A DNA stretch of 64,000 bases from Anthoceros angustus (Eukaryota > Plantae > Anthocerotophyta): NCBI GenBank assembly GCA_010909165.1, contig MU008161.1, positions 2,182,909-2,246,908 on the forward strand, written 5' to 3'. The notes below the pieces were generated by a model. It searched no databases, had not been told where the DNA came from, and saw nothing but the letters and a program-made list of their open reading frames with translations. This document shows, piece after piece, positions 48,165 through 62,430 of the stretch (position 1 is the first letter of the stretch; each line of letters starts with the position of its first letter). The translations under genes were made by a program, and so were the position numbers.

Positions 48165-48400
48165 GATAGTACCAGTCTTATATAGAAGCTTGTGGAGGTA
48201 GTTTCTACATGGCCCACTAGGCTGAAGAAGGAAAGCATCACTTTTCTTCCAGAAATCGTGGTTGATCGGGACCCGGGAGATGCTCATGGCCCTGGAGTCC
48301 CTGCAACGCTTGCTGGAGGAGGACTCTGAGTTGATCACTATGGTTATGGAGGCTTGTTGTAACCTGAATCTCAGTGAGGAGCTGCAAGAACAGGTTAGCA
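48165..48400 (+). pseudogene. FANCD2-like gene fragment
   Basis: KLVEVVSTWPTRLKKESITFLPEI / ALESLQRLLEEDSELITMVMEACCNLNLSEELQEQV resembles plant FANCD2 as recalled; contains a stop and a frameshift. Confidence 0.55.
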
Positions 48401-49319
48401 CAATCAAGTCTGCTCTTCTTCTACTTGGCCAGTTGCACACCACGAGCCAAAATAATGCATTCGTTAAAAGGGTTCATCGTAACGGTATAGAGGCGTTGGA
48501 ACTTCATGCTTCCTTCCTTTGAGCCGTGCTTTGGAACACGAGGTATAGTCCTGATCAGGTGAGATATCGATTTGAAAATTTCTCTCTAGTTCGAAACCTC
48601 AAAGAAAGAATCTTATCAAAAGATCAATTGTGAAGAAGAGAATTGATTTTTAAGCATTTGTGAGAGTGGGTTGTGGTGTGCCTTCACAGTACTTGACTGT
48701 AAAGAAACATTCAAGAAAATCCCCACAACAATATTAATATTTGTGGCAGCTTTCACCGACATGACGATGGCTTGAATGGAATTTGTCTAAGGGTGCCGGT
48801 AGAGTTGCTGCTTTGTTTGAGTCGATTCTGAACACAGACTACAAGCGGCATTATTGGGTGCGTTATGCCCCATTATTATGAACACCGATTCACATTCACA
48901 GGGAAGATACAAATGGGAAATTTCCAAGCTAATGGTTCAACAACGACCTCCTAAACTAAGACTAGCCTAGATGGTATTGGCGCCCACGCACTAATAGAAG
49001 CATCGACTACAACGCAGAAGTCACAAATCCAGACCCGCCTAAAAGCGACACACCAAACCTGTGGAGCAAAAGCAAATTCTTGGTCCACCAAAGATCCTGG
49101 ATGTGCTTGGTGACCGAACAATCTAAGGCCAACTAGAACATCCGTGACAAGAGGACCTGAAGGCTCTTGACAAAGCGAATGAGCTTGTACTCATTATGGT
49201 CAGCTGCCAGTAACCTCTAAACACCAGGCTCCACGTGGAAAAGAAGCATTACACCTCATAACTACCGACCTTGTTATGATGTAGGCGCTTTTACTCCCGT
49301 TGTTGATGACCTTTAGTAC

Positions 49320-50570
49320 CTCTCCCCCCCATGAGCACGCTGCCCTACACCTCGTTGGCTTTGGTGTTGAACAACTGGTACAAAGACCTTACGGGCGCAT
49401 TTGAGCGATCCGTAAACCTCATGCTCATCTCTCCTCACCAAACCGTGAGGATGAGGAGGGATGATCCAAGGTGCGTCCAGCCTGCCCATAGAAGATCTGC
49501 TATCCCAAGACAGGCGGGGATGGTACATGGGCATGCTAGTAGGCTGAGGACCAGCAACTCCAACGGTCTTCTCATTTCAAATTGTGTGCAACCTTGCCCT
49601 CGCGCACTTCCTTTGCAAAGCCACATACAGGGGCTTTGTTCTCGCCATTCATTTCGGACATCGTGGTGGCCTCCTGGCTGAAAATGCCACAAATCCGAAC
49701 CCCTACTCCGACCTTGGGGTCTCTCATAACCTTGCATGAGGTTATGGTGCCGAAATCTGCAAACAACTCTCTCAACTTATCGCTTATCCGTGGTATCGTC
49801 CAGATGCTTAAGGCATGATTCACACCCGGTGAATCCTCTCTTGTCGTTCGCTCAAACTTGGCAGCCTTTGCCTCGCCTCATTTCTTCCGGCTCTTCCAAC
49901 ATACCACTCCTTATCATCGAACGCTTTCCATTCAACTAGCTCTCAAGCATCCTCTGCGTGTTCCAAGTTGACAAACCCAAAGCATTTCGACCTACCATCA
50001 ACATCCCATTACAACCGGTGATGTTGCCATGAGCTCCAAAGATCTTCCTCAAGTCCTCATCGGTTGTGGTGTCCGCAAGGTTCTTCACATAGACATTGTT
50101 GAACTTTGGCGCACCACTAGCTTGCTCCCTCTCCGGCGGACAAATGGGCCCACAAACACTTGCTTGTCATTCCACATCATGCCGCTCACTTTTTCAATGG
50201 CGCTTGGGCATCCTCGTCCTTCTCGAATTGCACAAACCCATATCCTCTAGATTGGCTCGAACCATCGGTGGCCACCTTGCGAGAGGATTGACCCAAAGTT
50301 TGAGAATGTGTCAGAGGGCCCTATTATCAACGGACTTGTCTAGGTTCTTGATGAAGATGTTGGCAACTCCGCCATCCTCCGAATACTAGAGTCCCTATTC
50401 GAATACATAATCCGAATAGGTTTCCTTCCACAGGTGAAGTTCAAGACGCGTCCGCGCAAGCGTCGCTAGCTTGGTAGTAGTTCACATATGCGTATCCCAC
50501 AAAGTCGCATGCCATCCATCACACCGAATAGAAACAATTGCCTAACTGGAAGATCTCGTAGAGATGAGCT
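49320..50570 (-). pseudogene. Processed polyadenylate-binding protein (PABP) pseudogene, RRM1-4 plus part of the linker
   Basis: GYAYVNY...KPIRIMYSNRD; ANIFIKNLDKSVDN; KFNNVYVKNLAD; KLRELFADFGTITSCKVMRDP. No introns, many frameshifts. Confidence 0.88.
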
Positions 50571-50599
50571 TGGACACACTAGACTCTAGGTCCCCACGT

Positions 50600-53040
50600 G
50601 AGGAGGGGCCAGGCGAGTAGGAAACGCAGTCCAAGTTGAGGAAGCGTTTGAGGGCACTTTACTGCGCCATGGTGACTCCTTAGCCCAATGAGCACGAAAC
50701 TAGAAGAAACCCACACTGGAGCTGCTCCTAGATCTATAGACAGATAGCGGAAGTGTATGATCCCAAAGTCACAAGTCACAAGTGGTTAAACTTGTGCCAT
50801 ATGTAGACTAAGATAGGTGTCAAAGTGCACAAGTAATTAAACTTATGCTCTAACCCCCATATATAGACTCAAGGTAGGTCCTGAGAAACTCCCCTCCTTT
50901 AGAAACTTGGATGAAGTCTTGTATCCGGAGGAGCCAACTCGAAGTCCGCTTCCGCTTCGAGCGCACCATGAGGATACCTGGGAAGCGGAACGAGCCAACG
51001 ATGCCGCATCACGCTCTTCTTCGGCCTCGGGTTCTACGAGCTGGTCCACACCGGGTGACAGGCCCTCAGAATCGAATATGATGTGGGTACTTTGAGTGCA
51101 TTTTGGATTATTTGCTTGTGCAGGAGGAGGAGTCCGGAGATGGAGACGATCCGAATCGATCGCGCGGATCATGATCTCGGCTCGCACTTGGAGAGAATCA
51201 GCATCCGTCCACGAGGCGAGCGTTTGGGGACGTGGAGTACATGGAGCTGTTCCGTAGAAGGGAGCGTGGCTATGGTAGAGGTTATGCTCGTGAAGGACTT
51301 AAATTGTTTATCCAGACACGGGCGAGACGGTGGTAAAGGCAAGGAGAAGGTTGGTGAAGAGCTGATCTAGCGGTGTCAAAGTGCAGATCGGGTTCCGTCA
51401 GTGCTTTTGTGGTCTGCAAGGCGAGTACGATGAGGTTACCAAGGAGAAGCTCTGGGCTCACGCTAGCAGTTTGACCTTACGGGCGACACTCGCCCAAGCT
51501 CGGCCCAGTCTCGACATTCAGGTGTGCACTTCAAATATATGAGCCACGAGCAGAGGACATCTTCCATGTTGAGCCCCCAAGCGTCTTCTTGTGACACCGT
51601 GTTCCACCGTTAAGATGCTACTATTGGACAATGGTTCATCTTTCCGGCTCCCAACATCCACCTCCCGAGAAATCACTCTTGAACCAGCGCATCGACTCTA
51701 AAGGCGAATTACAAACCAGCTTTGTAGTAACCCGTCTCTAGATCGTCTATCCTCATGACTTGCTACCTAATAGTATGTAGAGTCTAGATGGTCGTGCTTT
51801 GCTAGACTAATGCTTTGTCACGGTGCCTTGCTAGAGTCTAGATGGCTGAGTAATTGCTAGACTAGTTAGCTCGTGCTCGCTTAGGGGTTCGGCCAGCCAT
51901 CTTGCTTGCTTATCGAATCTGGAACACTTGATCCTAACCAGAATGTTAGAAGTTATTTTGATTGTTGATGCAGATTCTTGTGAATTGTCGATCATACCAT
52001 AATTTTCCCCAATGTCACTACAACATATTGCCCTCGACACCGAAATTGCGGACATCGCACTCAATGTCCTCAAACCGAGAAAGTTGTATAAATTCATAGC
52101 TATCGTATGAGGACATGTAACCCAATGTCGATGACCCGGATCCCTGGTGTGAGCCTCCTTGGGTAAAAGCCCTTTGTCCAATCACCGTTTAGTCATCAAC
52201 GCATCACCAACGATCATCAACACTATCACCAGTACTATCACGGTATTTTAGAGTCTCGGGAAGACCATGCAAGGTAGATCGGTAGCTGGTGAACTTGGTC
52301 ATCTTTAGAAGAAACAAAGTTTGCCAAGGGTTAGAAGATTGTGAATGGATCTTATGAGCTTCATGCCTAGTCGAAGGGGCAAGCTTGTGCTTGTGAGAGC
52401 TGCAAAGGAGCCCTAGCCTATTAGAGGAAGCCCTAGCCCATGATGGAGCTAGCTTAGCTTCTCTACATACTTCAACCATGGGGCTAACCTAGCCTGTCTC
52501 TACATACTTCAGCCATGGGGCTAACCCTCTGTCTCGATACTTGAGCCACAACTAGGTACTTCAAGCTCCCAGTGCTCGCGTCGGCGTGTCAGGCGACAAG
52601 CTTAAGGAGGAGGGTCTACTCATAAGAGGGTTGCGGCGAGTTGGCGGCGAGGTAGGCATGGCGGGATCCATCGCGATTCCGTGCTCCCATGCGGGCTTCT
52701 TATAGTGCTACATTCTAGACCTGGACAAGATCTTCGACGAGGGAGGTTGGGTGCAGGAGATGCGAGAAGATGCGAGCCTAAACTCCGAGTGGTGGGCGGG
52801 TGATGGCCCTGCGGCGACCAATCGAAATGCGATGCTGGGTCTGGACCGAGCCTTCAAGAGGGCACGCAAAGCCGCAGGCTTAGATGGCATCAAACACTCC
52901 CGGCTGGCGTCGGGATCAGGTAGAAAGGCTGGCCATTTCACCACCACGTGCGCCCGAACCTTGCGGGACCTGAAAATGTTCGATGGTCGGTGACATCACG
53001 GATAGATCGAGAGAGAGTTGAAGCGTGTGTACAAGCGTTT
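50600..53040 (-). mobile_element. Highly decayed retroelement-like sequence (possible gag/LTR remnant)
   Basis: Fragmented protein-like frames and short internal repeats; no diagnostic motif. Confidence 0.25.
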
Positions 53041-53041
53041 T

Positions 53042-53238
53042 TGTTAAGAATGAACCTCCGTTAGGGTTCATGGTCATATAAACTGACCAAATTGCTGTTA
53101 TGACTTTTAGTTGTTAAATGAACAGTCGTGACTATACACAAGTTTTGTATAAGACATGCTTTGTGAGTAATTTACATTGATTTTATTCTGCACATTTTGT
53201 AGTTCCTGTTGTTCAGTTTATTTACATGGTATCAGAGC
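53042..53238 (+). mobile_element. Copia-type LTR (TGTTAAG...TTTACA) followed by a tRNA-iMet PBS; no internal domains follow
   Basis: TGGTATCAGAGC at 53227-53238, directly after ...TTACA. Confidence 0.75.
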
Positions 53239-54599
53239 TTTGTACCTAGCATTAGTTTCTGACGCCGATGGCTGTGGAGGGATATGGGGACTGCAGAAAA
53301 ATCTTGCATCCATGATTACATAGGTGCAGGAGTCTGCTGCAATCCTCGCCTCCCTCCACTGCATATTACTGCCTAGCATTAGATTATGGCATGACTTAAC
53401 CTGATGCTAGTAAATGACAAATTTCCGCTGTGCAAATCTGTCTGCATCAGAGCAGCAGATTATGACACTCTAAGAAGGAAGAATGACTCGACGGGGGCGA
53501 TCTCGCGTCGAGCATCCACCTTCAGCACCCTGCAATCATCACCACAACAGGCGTGAGGAAGTGTCCAGTACTGCAAGACATTACAGCGCTGGACAGGAGG
53601 ATATTTCCTACACAATACCTTCCTCTCGGACACCCAATCGTGTGCACGTTGACAGGTATCCAGAAGAGGAATTATGGGACTCTTCTAGATCCTCGTATTT
53701 CCCTATTGGTGAGGTGCACACCATTCGGGAGAGGCTACATGACACTGTATTCGAGACACTCTGCGCCTCGGCCGAGAGCATCGAAGCGAGAGGTGTCCGC
53801 AGCTTTGGTGGCACGACATAGAAAAAGCGGTTGTCATTTGGTCACATGGACCAGCCTCTGTCACCGAAATTCAAAATTACACACGGAAGGAACCTCCGCG
53901 GGAACATAAAAATGTGCTCCGCGTGTTTTCACGCTCTTGTGAAGACCAGGAATATAACCAACGCGGACTTCCTTCGCCCATTGTCTGCTATCCCGTTGAT
54001 GTCACTTGGACACGGTGGGTCTTGCTTTGGGATGCATTCATGGCATATGTTCTTGAATTGATGTGAAAGCTTGGCATTCTGCGGTGTGGAGCATGCACGC
54101 GATACGGTGCAAATGCACAGAGGAGGGAGGCGGTGGCGCGTGATCGTTGTGTAAGGTTTCCGGCATGGATTGTGCGTGTCGCCGATTGTGCGAGAATAGC
54201 CGACTTGTGACGGTGGAAGTTTCTCAAGCGATTGGGGTGGTTACGCCCATGATGGCCCGCTCTCCTTGTAGTCAACAGCGGTACAGGAAGCGTGCAGCGG
54301 GAGAGGCGAGCTTTGGCGAAGCTGCGAGCAAAGCGAGGAATGAACCGGTGGACATAGTAGGCAGTGCGGCGCATCGACCTCCACCTCCACAAGCCGAGTG
54401 CGTGTGCGGCGATGCAGCGCGTTATTTCAAGGTCGTTGGGGTTGATACACCGCACAATCTCGCGCCGCCAACAACTAGCAAGGAGCTTGGAGCAATTCTT
54501 GCGGATGACAAGTGAGTTCTCGATGCAATGTGTGAGATCTATAGTACTTTTGAAGAGCTTCCTCTGCTGAAGGACTTTCGTACTCCCGACCGGGAAAGA

Positions 54600-57480
54600 T
54601 GAAGAGTTGTTCTTGTTCTCATGAGGAATATGAGCCTGATGTAAGAATTTGAAGGATGTTCGTCGGCGATCACTGCAGGCAATACGCTCTGGAATATCAT
54701 TTTGTCGCCGGGTCTGGATGACCATCCCATTCCCAGGCCAAGCACATTGGTGTGAGTCGGAGCGGATCCGATCTGCAGGAGTGCGGGGTGGGAAGGATTG
54801 TCGGGGCCAAGGTATGTGGTGCGGGTCGGAAGGAAGCTTAGGTCGATGTGATCTCGGATGATGTGAAAGCGCAGTGCAGGAGCTCGCCTCGACCTTCCTC
54901 CAACACAAAGGACACCAAGCGCCTACGTCGGACCAAACACTTTTGACCAGCACATCATCCACTTCTTGGATACTTCACGGTGAGATGAATATGTGCGGAT
55001 TCCATGCTTGTGTTGTGAGTGCGAACCTTCATCAGTCCCTCACCTTCCATGCTTGTTTGTACTTCACGGTGTCGTTATATGTTAGCACTACCTTCCAAAT
55101 TCGTGTTTGACTCTTGGGCATGATGGTATTGGGGTGAAGGGTGTTCACGAGGCTTCTCGATGCATCTTGGTGTTGTGATTTAGGGACCGGTGATATGGGG
55201 TGACAGATTGGTGTTGAGGAAGGGCTATGTGATGCCGTATGGCCTTGTGATGGTTGATTGGTGATGTTGATTCCTGACTGGTTATGTTTAGGCAAGGGTT
55301 CCCAGTTTGGTGTGGGAGGACGGGTGTTGTGGTTGCTTGCGTATTGGGGTGGTCGCTGGTGATTTTAGTGGACGCGTGGATGATGCGGGACAAGGTGATG
55401 TGGTGGTCCTATCTTGTTGATTGATGACGTTGGTGATGTGGATGATGGCATGGTGATAAGGTGGACGGATTGGTGATGTCATGGAGTAGGTGGAGCTGCT
55501 AGCCCTTAGTGATGTGGTGGATGTGTTGGTGTTGTGGATGATGGAATGGTGATCACAGACGGTTTGGTGATGTTTTGGAGTTGTTCCATTTTAGTTGGCA
55601 TCACTTGGTGACCTCGTGTCCGTCGGAAGTGTGTTGCACGTTTTGATATTGGCCATCCCATCGGTGATACCGCTCGCAGGAGCGTATGTAATGAAATCGC
55701 CTGCTCGTGATGTGCGAGAATTCCGGTTCTCGCGAAGAGCATCCTGACATTTCAGTTGGGCAGCGAACTTTTGAGAAATTGAAGCCGTATTTTGTGAAGA
55801 GCCTGCAGGAACGGAACTTGTGCTGTTGCCGGTATCATGTGGAAATGGCCTTTCTCAAGGACGCTTTCAATGCTATGCGCGGTTGTCTTTCAAGTGTGCA
55901 TCCCAGAGGTCAATGTCGCTGTCCGTGTGACATATGTGCTCCCCAAGAAGGTGACGGGCTTGTTCAAGAGTAGTGTGCAACACATGTGTTGTATCCGTCG
56001 ATGTTGTGCGAAATTGTGCTTTGGAGGCAAACACCGGATGGCACAACCTCGCATGTTTGTGGCACTTGGGGCATTGTGTGGGGCAAATTGGCTCGTCCCG
56101 AGTCATCGAATGATAAGCTTCCTCATCCGTCCTCGTGGCGTTTTTCAATACCAAGTCGTTGGTTCCGACCAAGATGGGCATGAGAAGAAGCGGATCAAAC
56201 TTGTTTTCATGGAGACTCATCCTGATTTTGTCATGTACTTGAAAGAAAAATTGAAAGAGTTCATCCCGCACGATTTTGTGCGTATGGCAAGGGTTGGAAT
56301 TTCGCTTGGAGTGGTTCTGATGTTGTCGTCGTCATGGACTTGATCGAACTATCGTTTGGTGTTCAAAGCGAAATTCAATCTATGCATTGGCATAATGACC
56401 GTTTCGATTTTTGTCTTGGTGTTCTATAGGAGGACGGTCCAATTGATGCACAGGAACCGGCTGCTAACATCGACAAATACTATCACTTCTACATCGGTGA
56501 TGATATGGTCCACGATTGTTTGTACAAGACCGCCTCATGTTGCATTGGCGGTGGATGCGTGATTTTTCCGGCCCGGGAACATTGGTGTTGGTCCGATGGG
56601 GCATAGTCAATTTAAAGCATGTAGGCCTTCTTACTTTGTTGCCCGCACTAGCTTGACTGGTGGTTGCAAGATGCTATGGTCGTTCTTTGGCGGCATGGCA
56701 AAGGCGAACATGATGGGAGGTGCAATCTTGAAAAGGGCATTGCGGGTGCAGGTCCTCTCCGAATGCTCCTCGATCACCGCCTCGATGTTGTCACCTACTT
56801 AAGAGAGAACATCTCATGCAACAACGCTGCAGTGGAGAGCATCATCATAGGAGCTTCGTGATTGGGAAAAGCGAGGTGGGAGGAACAAGTTTAATTGTGA
56901 CCCAATACAGGTCAAAAAATGCATAGCATATATGGTTTCAGCCATGACCCAACTCAATCGAAAATGCGCATGTTGGCTTTACATGCCTTGGTCGGCATTC
57001 TCTATGTGAAACCGCCCATGCGAGGATCCGGAGACTCGTATCCATTAGGCCACATGGACAACCCACGGAAGGAGCCCGCACTCGGAGAAGAGGCCGGGAT
57101 GCCGAGTCCGGATACCTTTCGCCGTTTGCTACTCGGGAGGAACAAGGAGCTTTGGAAACTACCGTTGATGGCCTTGACGATGATGCTATGGAGGATGTGT
57201 GGACATGGCCGACCTCCTAGAAGTTGGTGATACGTTGTGCACGCCGACATCAAGACGAGGGGCAATTGTTTTACCTTGCGTTGCACAGGTTGAAGCAAAC
57301 CCTACGTAACAAGTGGTGCCCTTGGAGCAACTCAACATTAGTGGGAGAAGTGGTTGTCCGTGGCGATTACTACACTCCACGCGGCGCCTGTGTACACACC
57401 GGGTCAAGAGAATGAGGAGTGCACCCTTCATGCCGATGTGTCCTAAGTTGCAAGATTGAATTGGTGTACACGATAGTGAA
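54600..57480 (+). mobile_element. Frameshifted DDD/E transposase, Sola-type (Sola2-like motifs)
   Basis: HPDISVGQRTFEKLKPYFV...RNLCCCRYHVE; D-x-x-ENY...EIQSMHWHN; D..VHD; WSDG..SQFK; WSFFG.GHGKGEHDG...ILKRAL. Confidence 0.75.
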
Positions 57481-57809
57481 GGTGTGGAGTGCTATTCTTT
57501 AGAGGGAAGCTAGAGTGACCACCTTGGTAAGAGAAAGCAACTCGAGCCTTGTGCTAGAAAGCACATGTGCGTAATGATTGGTCTCCCCATTGTACGAGGC
57601 CCACGTTTGTAAACATAACCACGCGACCACCAATGGTCACACTAACTATTTGCTCACTAACCGTTGTCACTAACTGTGGCGCCTGTGCACCGAAAGTTAT
57701 TTTGCAAATGGGTCTTGTCCATGTTAACACGTTGATACATGGCTTCTTTAGGGGTCTGAAGGTCCAAGCGGGATGCACACGATATGCCGCTTGCATTCAT
57801 GCAAAACAC

Positions 57810-60800
57810 TTATTCGTGGAATTTGCTTACAAGGGCATTTGCATTAAAAGTTGAGTTCTGGTCTCGGGACACATGATTATCCGCCACACGCTCAAGCCCA
57901 CTTTCGCCAATTGACCCCGGCGTGGTGTCCCCGGCCTTGTCCTTGGTGGCACATAGTCCGGCTTTAAATGGCGTGATGCCACCTGGGTCAGTCACGCATC
58001 TTCGCCTTACAACAGGAATGCAATGGCCGCCATGTGCTCTAACTTGGGTGCTGTGATTTGTCGAACCCCCGCACAGCCTCCTCCCGGGTTCCGCCCTTGA
58101 TGCGGGAGAAGCCATGGGCAGCCAGGCAAGGAGCTTGATGGAAGCGTGGTTTTGGCCGCAATGCAGCGGTTCAAGATCAAGACCGTGGCGGGCGTGCGCA
58201 TCGAAGAGGGAGCGTGGATGCGCCATATGCCGGAAGACCTCAAGTCGCTCGAATTGCGCAGGAAGGGATGTCGACCGGTTGTTGAGGATGATTGTGACAT
58301 GGGCGACATGAATCAATGAATGGCGATGGAAGTGGCGACTCTTGATGGCGCGGTTTGCCCCCACGCAATGGAAGCATCCGTTAGCTACGGTCTTGTGATT
58401 GGGGCCGTCTTCCACATTCTTTGGATAGCTGGACATGGCGTGCATGTTGTTGTGCCGAAGCCCTTTAGGCGTGCTTGGATGTAGTTACCCAAGCCTCGTA
58501 ATTGATCCCTCCGTGTGAACTGAGTTGGAAAGGATGTTGTGTCATGTGCTAATGCAAGACGGGTTGAAGGCATGTTTCGTTAATGTCAAGTGCAGGTAAA
58601 TCTTGTTGCCTCATGTCGGCAAGTTTATGACCATTGTATGTGGATCAACCAAAAAGAAAACGGGCCTCCTTAACAACCCTACATTTAGGCATGGGTGCCT
58701 AGAAACTCAAAACCACGCATGCGACCATATACCATACCAAGACAATCACTTGACCGTCTGAAGTCCCTCCTTGTCATGCTCCCTCTTAGCCACCCAGTCG
58801 GATATTTGGCGATTGTGGGGCTCACCAATACACTGGATGTCTTGGGGTAGCGGGATGGCCATATCAAGTTTGTTGCCAAAACCATGTCCTCCTCTATTGC
58901 GTGGGGTGACCACGGACACCGAGTTAAGGAGCGGTACACCTGAATTTGGCTCTGCTCGTAATAATAAGCCATGATCACCCTCATCGCCAATAGGAAACAC
59001 CTTGCCGCTTTGCCATGCTTTGTCAAACGGCTTGGCTAGGTGGCGACATCGATACGTAGCACATAGAACTCCACATGCTCTACATTTCCCTTGGGAGCGC
59101 ACCATAAAGTTACTGCACGACCGTGTCCGCACTCATAAGACCTTGAGGCATGGGGCACTTCATCCACATTCTCTACCGACCATTGAGCACCCTTGTGCTT
59201 GGATGTTTCTTTTGGGGCCTGTTTCCCATTCTTCCTTTTCGCCTCCGGCTTCCGAACTTGACGCGAGGAGGCTCCCTAGGACTCACTGTGTGCATCGCTC
59301 TCCTTTCCTTCATTGGTTTTCGATTACACGCCCTGCGAACTCGTCAACCATTTCAAAAGTCACCATTTCATTCGCAGCCCACCTTCTTCATTGGGCATGA
59401 TGGGCCCACCACCACTTGCAAGAACACCACGTCGACCAAGGGTGAAGAGCACGATACATTGATTCGGTTGCAAGTATGTTCCAGGATCGGTGCACCGCCT
59501 CCACATCGCCAGGATGCTCCAAAAGTTTTTGATGTTACTGATTGAGGCGTCATCCGCAACAACCCTATCGCTATAACTTGATTGGCACCAATCATCACAT
59601 CACCGCGCGCCACCCTCATATGATCTCCACCGCCACCACACCGCTACCAAGCGGTGGACATCACCGGTTGTCGTCAATGCCAAATGGACACGGTCCGTCA
59701 CTTGCCACATGATCCAAGATATTGGTCAGAAACACCGACTCCTCCCGCGTCACATTTATCAACACATTCAATTGCGCCACCTCCAAGTTATCACTTGATT
59801 CACAAGACTAGGACACCACAACCATTTCATCACCTACATCCACACCTCCACTAATACCTGGAAGGCATTGTCCGTCGAATAAGAGCGCACAATACACCCG
59901 TGACCAACGAGAGCGAGGCGCGGCCACCACAGCTTGTCTGGCTCATCCCGCAGCGGACAAACATGTACTCAAAGTGTAGACAATAGATCTAGTTTCAACA
60001 AAGCAATGCCCTCACAAACCCACACGATGTCCTTCGGAGGAACACGCACATGCCAACTTGCTGCCGTGCATTCCTCACCAACTTCAACCCTGTGGGGACC
60101 TTGTGTCTGGCCCTTGGTGGAGTAGGAGCTATGTCCAGAACCGAGGGCGCTCGTGGCTGTGTGGGACAACGTCATCTTCAATTTGTGAGTCTAGCACCAC
60201 CAGACTGAGTAATCGCCCAAACATGCGCGAACAACACGAGGCTTTTCCTCCGGGCATTGGGGTGCGAAGGAATTCACGAGGCTTCATGTGCCTCCCTTCG
60301 CCTTGCAAGCAAATTCATCACACTACGGTGGAGAAATACGTTGACATCGGCGCCAGTTGGCATAATTGCACCTGGACGAGTTCGATGTAATGACAAAAAA
60401 TTTAGTCGTGACTTCCAACAAAAAATGGACAAGACAACAAACACGAGAACTGTGGAACATACATATTGGAGACTCAAGATTTTTGCTTGGGTGGCCAACC
60501 AATTCGCTTGGTGATTGTGACTCAATGTCTTTCCATCGTGTGTCATGGTCGCCGGGTCTCCAATGCACTCGAGGAACTCTTTCTCCCAAGTGTCTCGGTC
60601 CTGCTCCCATGGAAGGAGCTTCTCCGGTGCTTTGATCACCAACCCTTCGCTCTCAACCATGATGGGCACATCGATTGCACCACGGACGTGGGCAGAACAA
60701 TGTTTGTCAAGTGCGATACAGTGATATCGTGGAAGCCACATGGAGTGAACACCATCTGCGTACCCGCCATGACACACATTACACTTTAGGACACACGAGC

Positions 60801-62430
60801 TTGCGGCTTTGAAGGAAAACCACCGGTTGCGTGAGAAAGGGATCACCTTGGCCTTGGCACCACATGACTAGGTGGTGCCAAGGCCACCTCCTGTCCGCCA
60901 CCCCACCACTACATCACCAAGTCCAGCAACCCATCCACCAGGAAACCATGACATCACCGAGGCCACCACCTGCCCACCAACCTACCACTACATCACGAAT
61001 GCCACCAGCTGCCCACCGACCTACCCCTACAGTACGAAGGCCATAACCTGCACACAAGCCATGCACTACATCACCAAGGCCACCAAAAGCTCACCAGGAC
61101 ACCCAGCAGATGAACACCTGAACCAATTCCTCACCATCCCGTCCAAGTGATCACCCACCCTTCCACGAGAGAACACATGAGTCACCACCCCCTTGAGCAC
61201 CCCTACCACCACCTCACCATCCGTGAACGCGTCACGAGCACCCAACCCCAGACATCACCATAAGGAAAACATCAGGACACCTCGTCCGTGTGCAAGAAGA
61301 ATCCACACTTACACGACAAACACTACACGCCGACGGGGCATGACTTGGGAGAGGCGGAGCCGACACACGCAGTGATCCATGTTACATGCGGCTCAGTTGA
61401 ACGCGGAGAACATCCCTCATGTTTTCAAGAGAAGCTGGGTGTCCGAGCTTGTTCCTCGGTTTTTCTCCTTCAACCGGTGAAACACCCTCGAATATTTAGT
61501 TTTGTCAAGCATGAATCTCGTCGCAGTACGAATACTCGTCGTCAAGCCCTCCACTATTCATGACCATGTCGGCAAGCTGGACCTTGGTGTTGCCCAAATC
61601 CAAGAGTGCCTCCTCCCCATCTTTTGACAAACAGACCTCCTCCATGACAAGCTTCCAACTCGCACGAATTTTTCCATGACCTCATCCATGACAACCTTTG
61701 GTGCCCATGGCTCAAGACACGAGCTGGCGGTGTCACTTTTCGCCGCCAGAATCAATTGGAGACTCCTCGTCTCCCTTCTTGCCGCCTCTTCTACATTCTT
61801 TGCACGGAGGTCCGTCCTTCTTCATGGCCTTCTGCTTCCTCTTCCCAACTCGGAGAGCTCCAGATTCCTGGGAGGATCGCCGTCTGCTCTGGCTCACTGA
61901 CAGAGTGGAACACTCTTCCACATCAACCTCCGCTCTGCATCATCACCGCCACCACAACAGGTTGTGAAGAATCGTTGTATTCTCTGCAGATGGGACTTCC
62001 AACTGATTTCTTCTCCATCGATCTTTATCCTGCTTCCTCTTCTCAGCCTAAATAGTACTCAAACCAATTCACACGCTTGCCAAGCTTCTTCTCGATTAGG
62101 AACCCAAGTGCCACAAACCGTGGCACCCTTTGCGATGCAGTGGAGCCCGCCCATCTGACTTCTCAACAAGACTATCAACATGCGTCCACTCTATGTCGAC
62201 AAGAGGTGTGATCCCCAAGAGGTATCCATCGTTCCCATTAGTGACATCCCCAAAATGCCTCTTGATCTCATCTTCACCTCCAATAGCCTCCTTTAGTCCA
62301 ACCTGTAGTTCAGCGCATCTCACATTCACACCCGTAGTTGACAATTCCATATCACCGTAGTGCCAACACCAATGCTCCCCCCTGAATTTTTCAGGAATGT
62401 CGTGTCCTTGCAGAGCCGCAGACACCTTTG
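57810..62430 (-). mobile_element. Decayed second gene of the same transposon, convergent with the transposase
   Basis: Protein-like fragments including a Cys/His cluster (CNVCHGG...YHC...HC) and an acidic/basic segment, separated by CA-rich intron-like tracts. No end sequence found, so linkage to the transposase is inferred. Confidence 0.4.

Noticed and set aside
53988-54962. 324-aa minus-strand ORF
   Set aside because: Antisense to the transposase N-terminal region; no domain.
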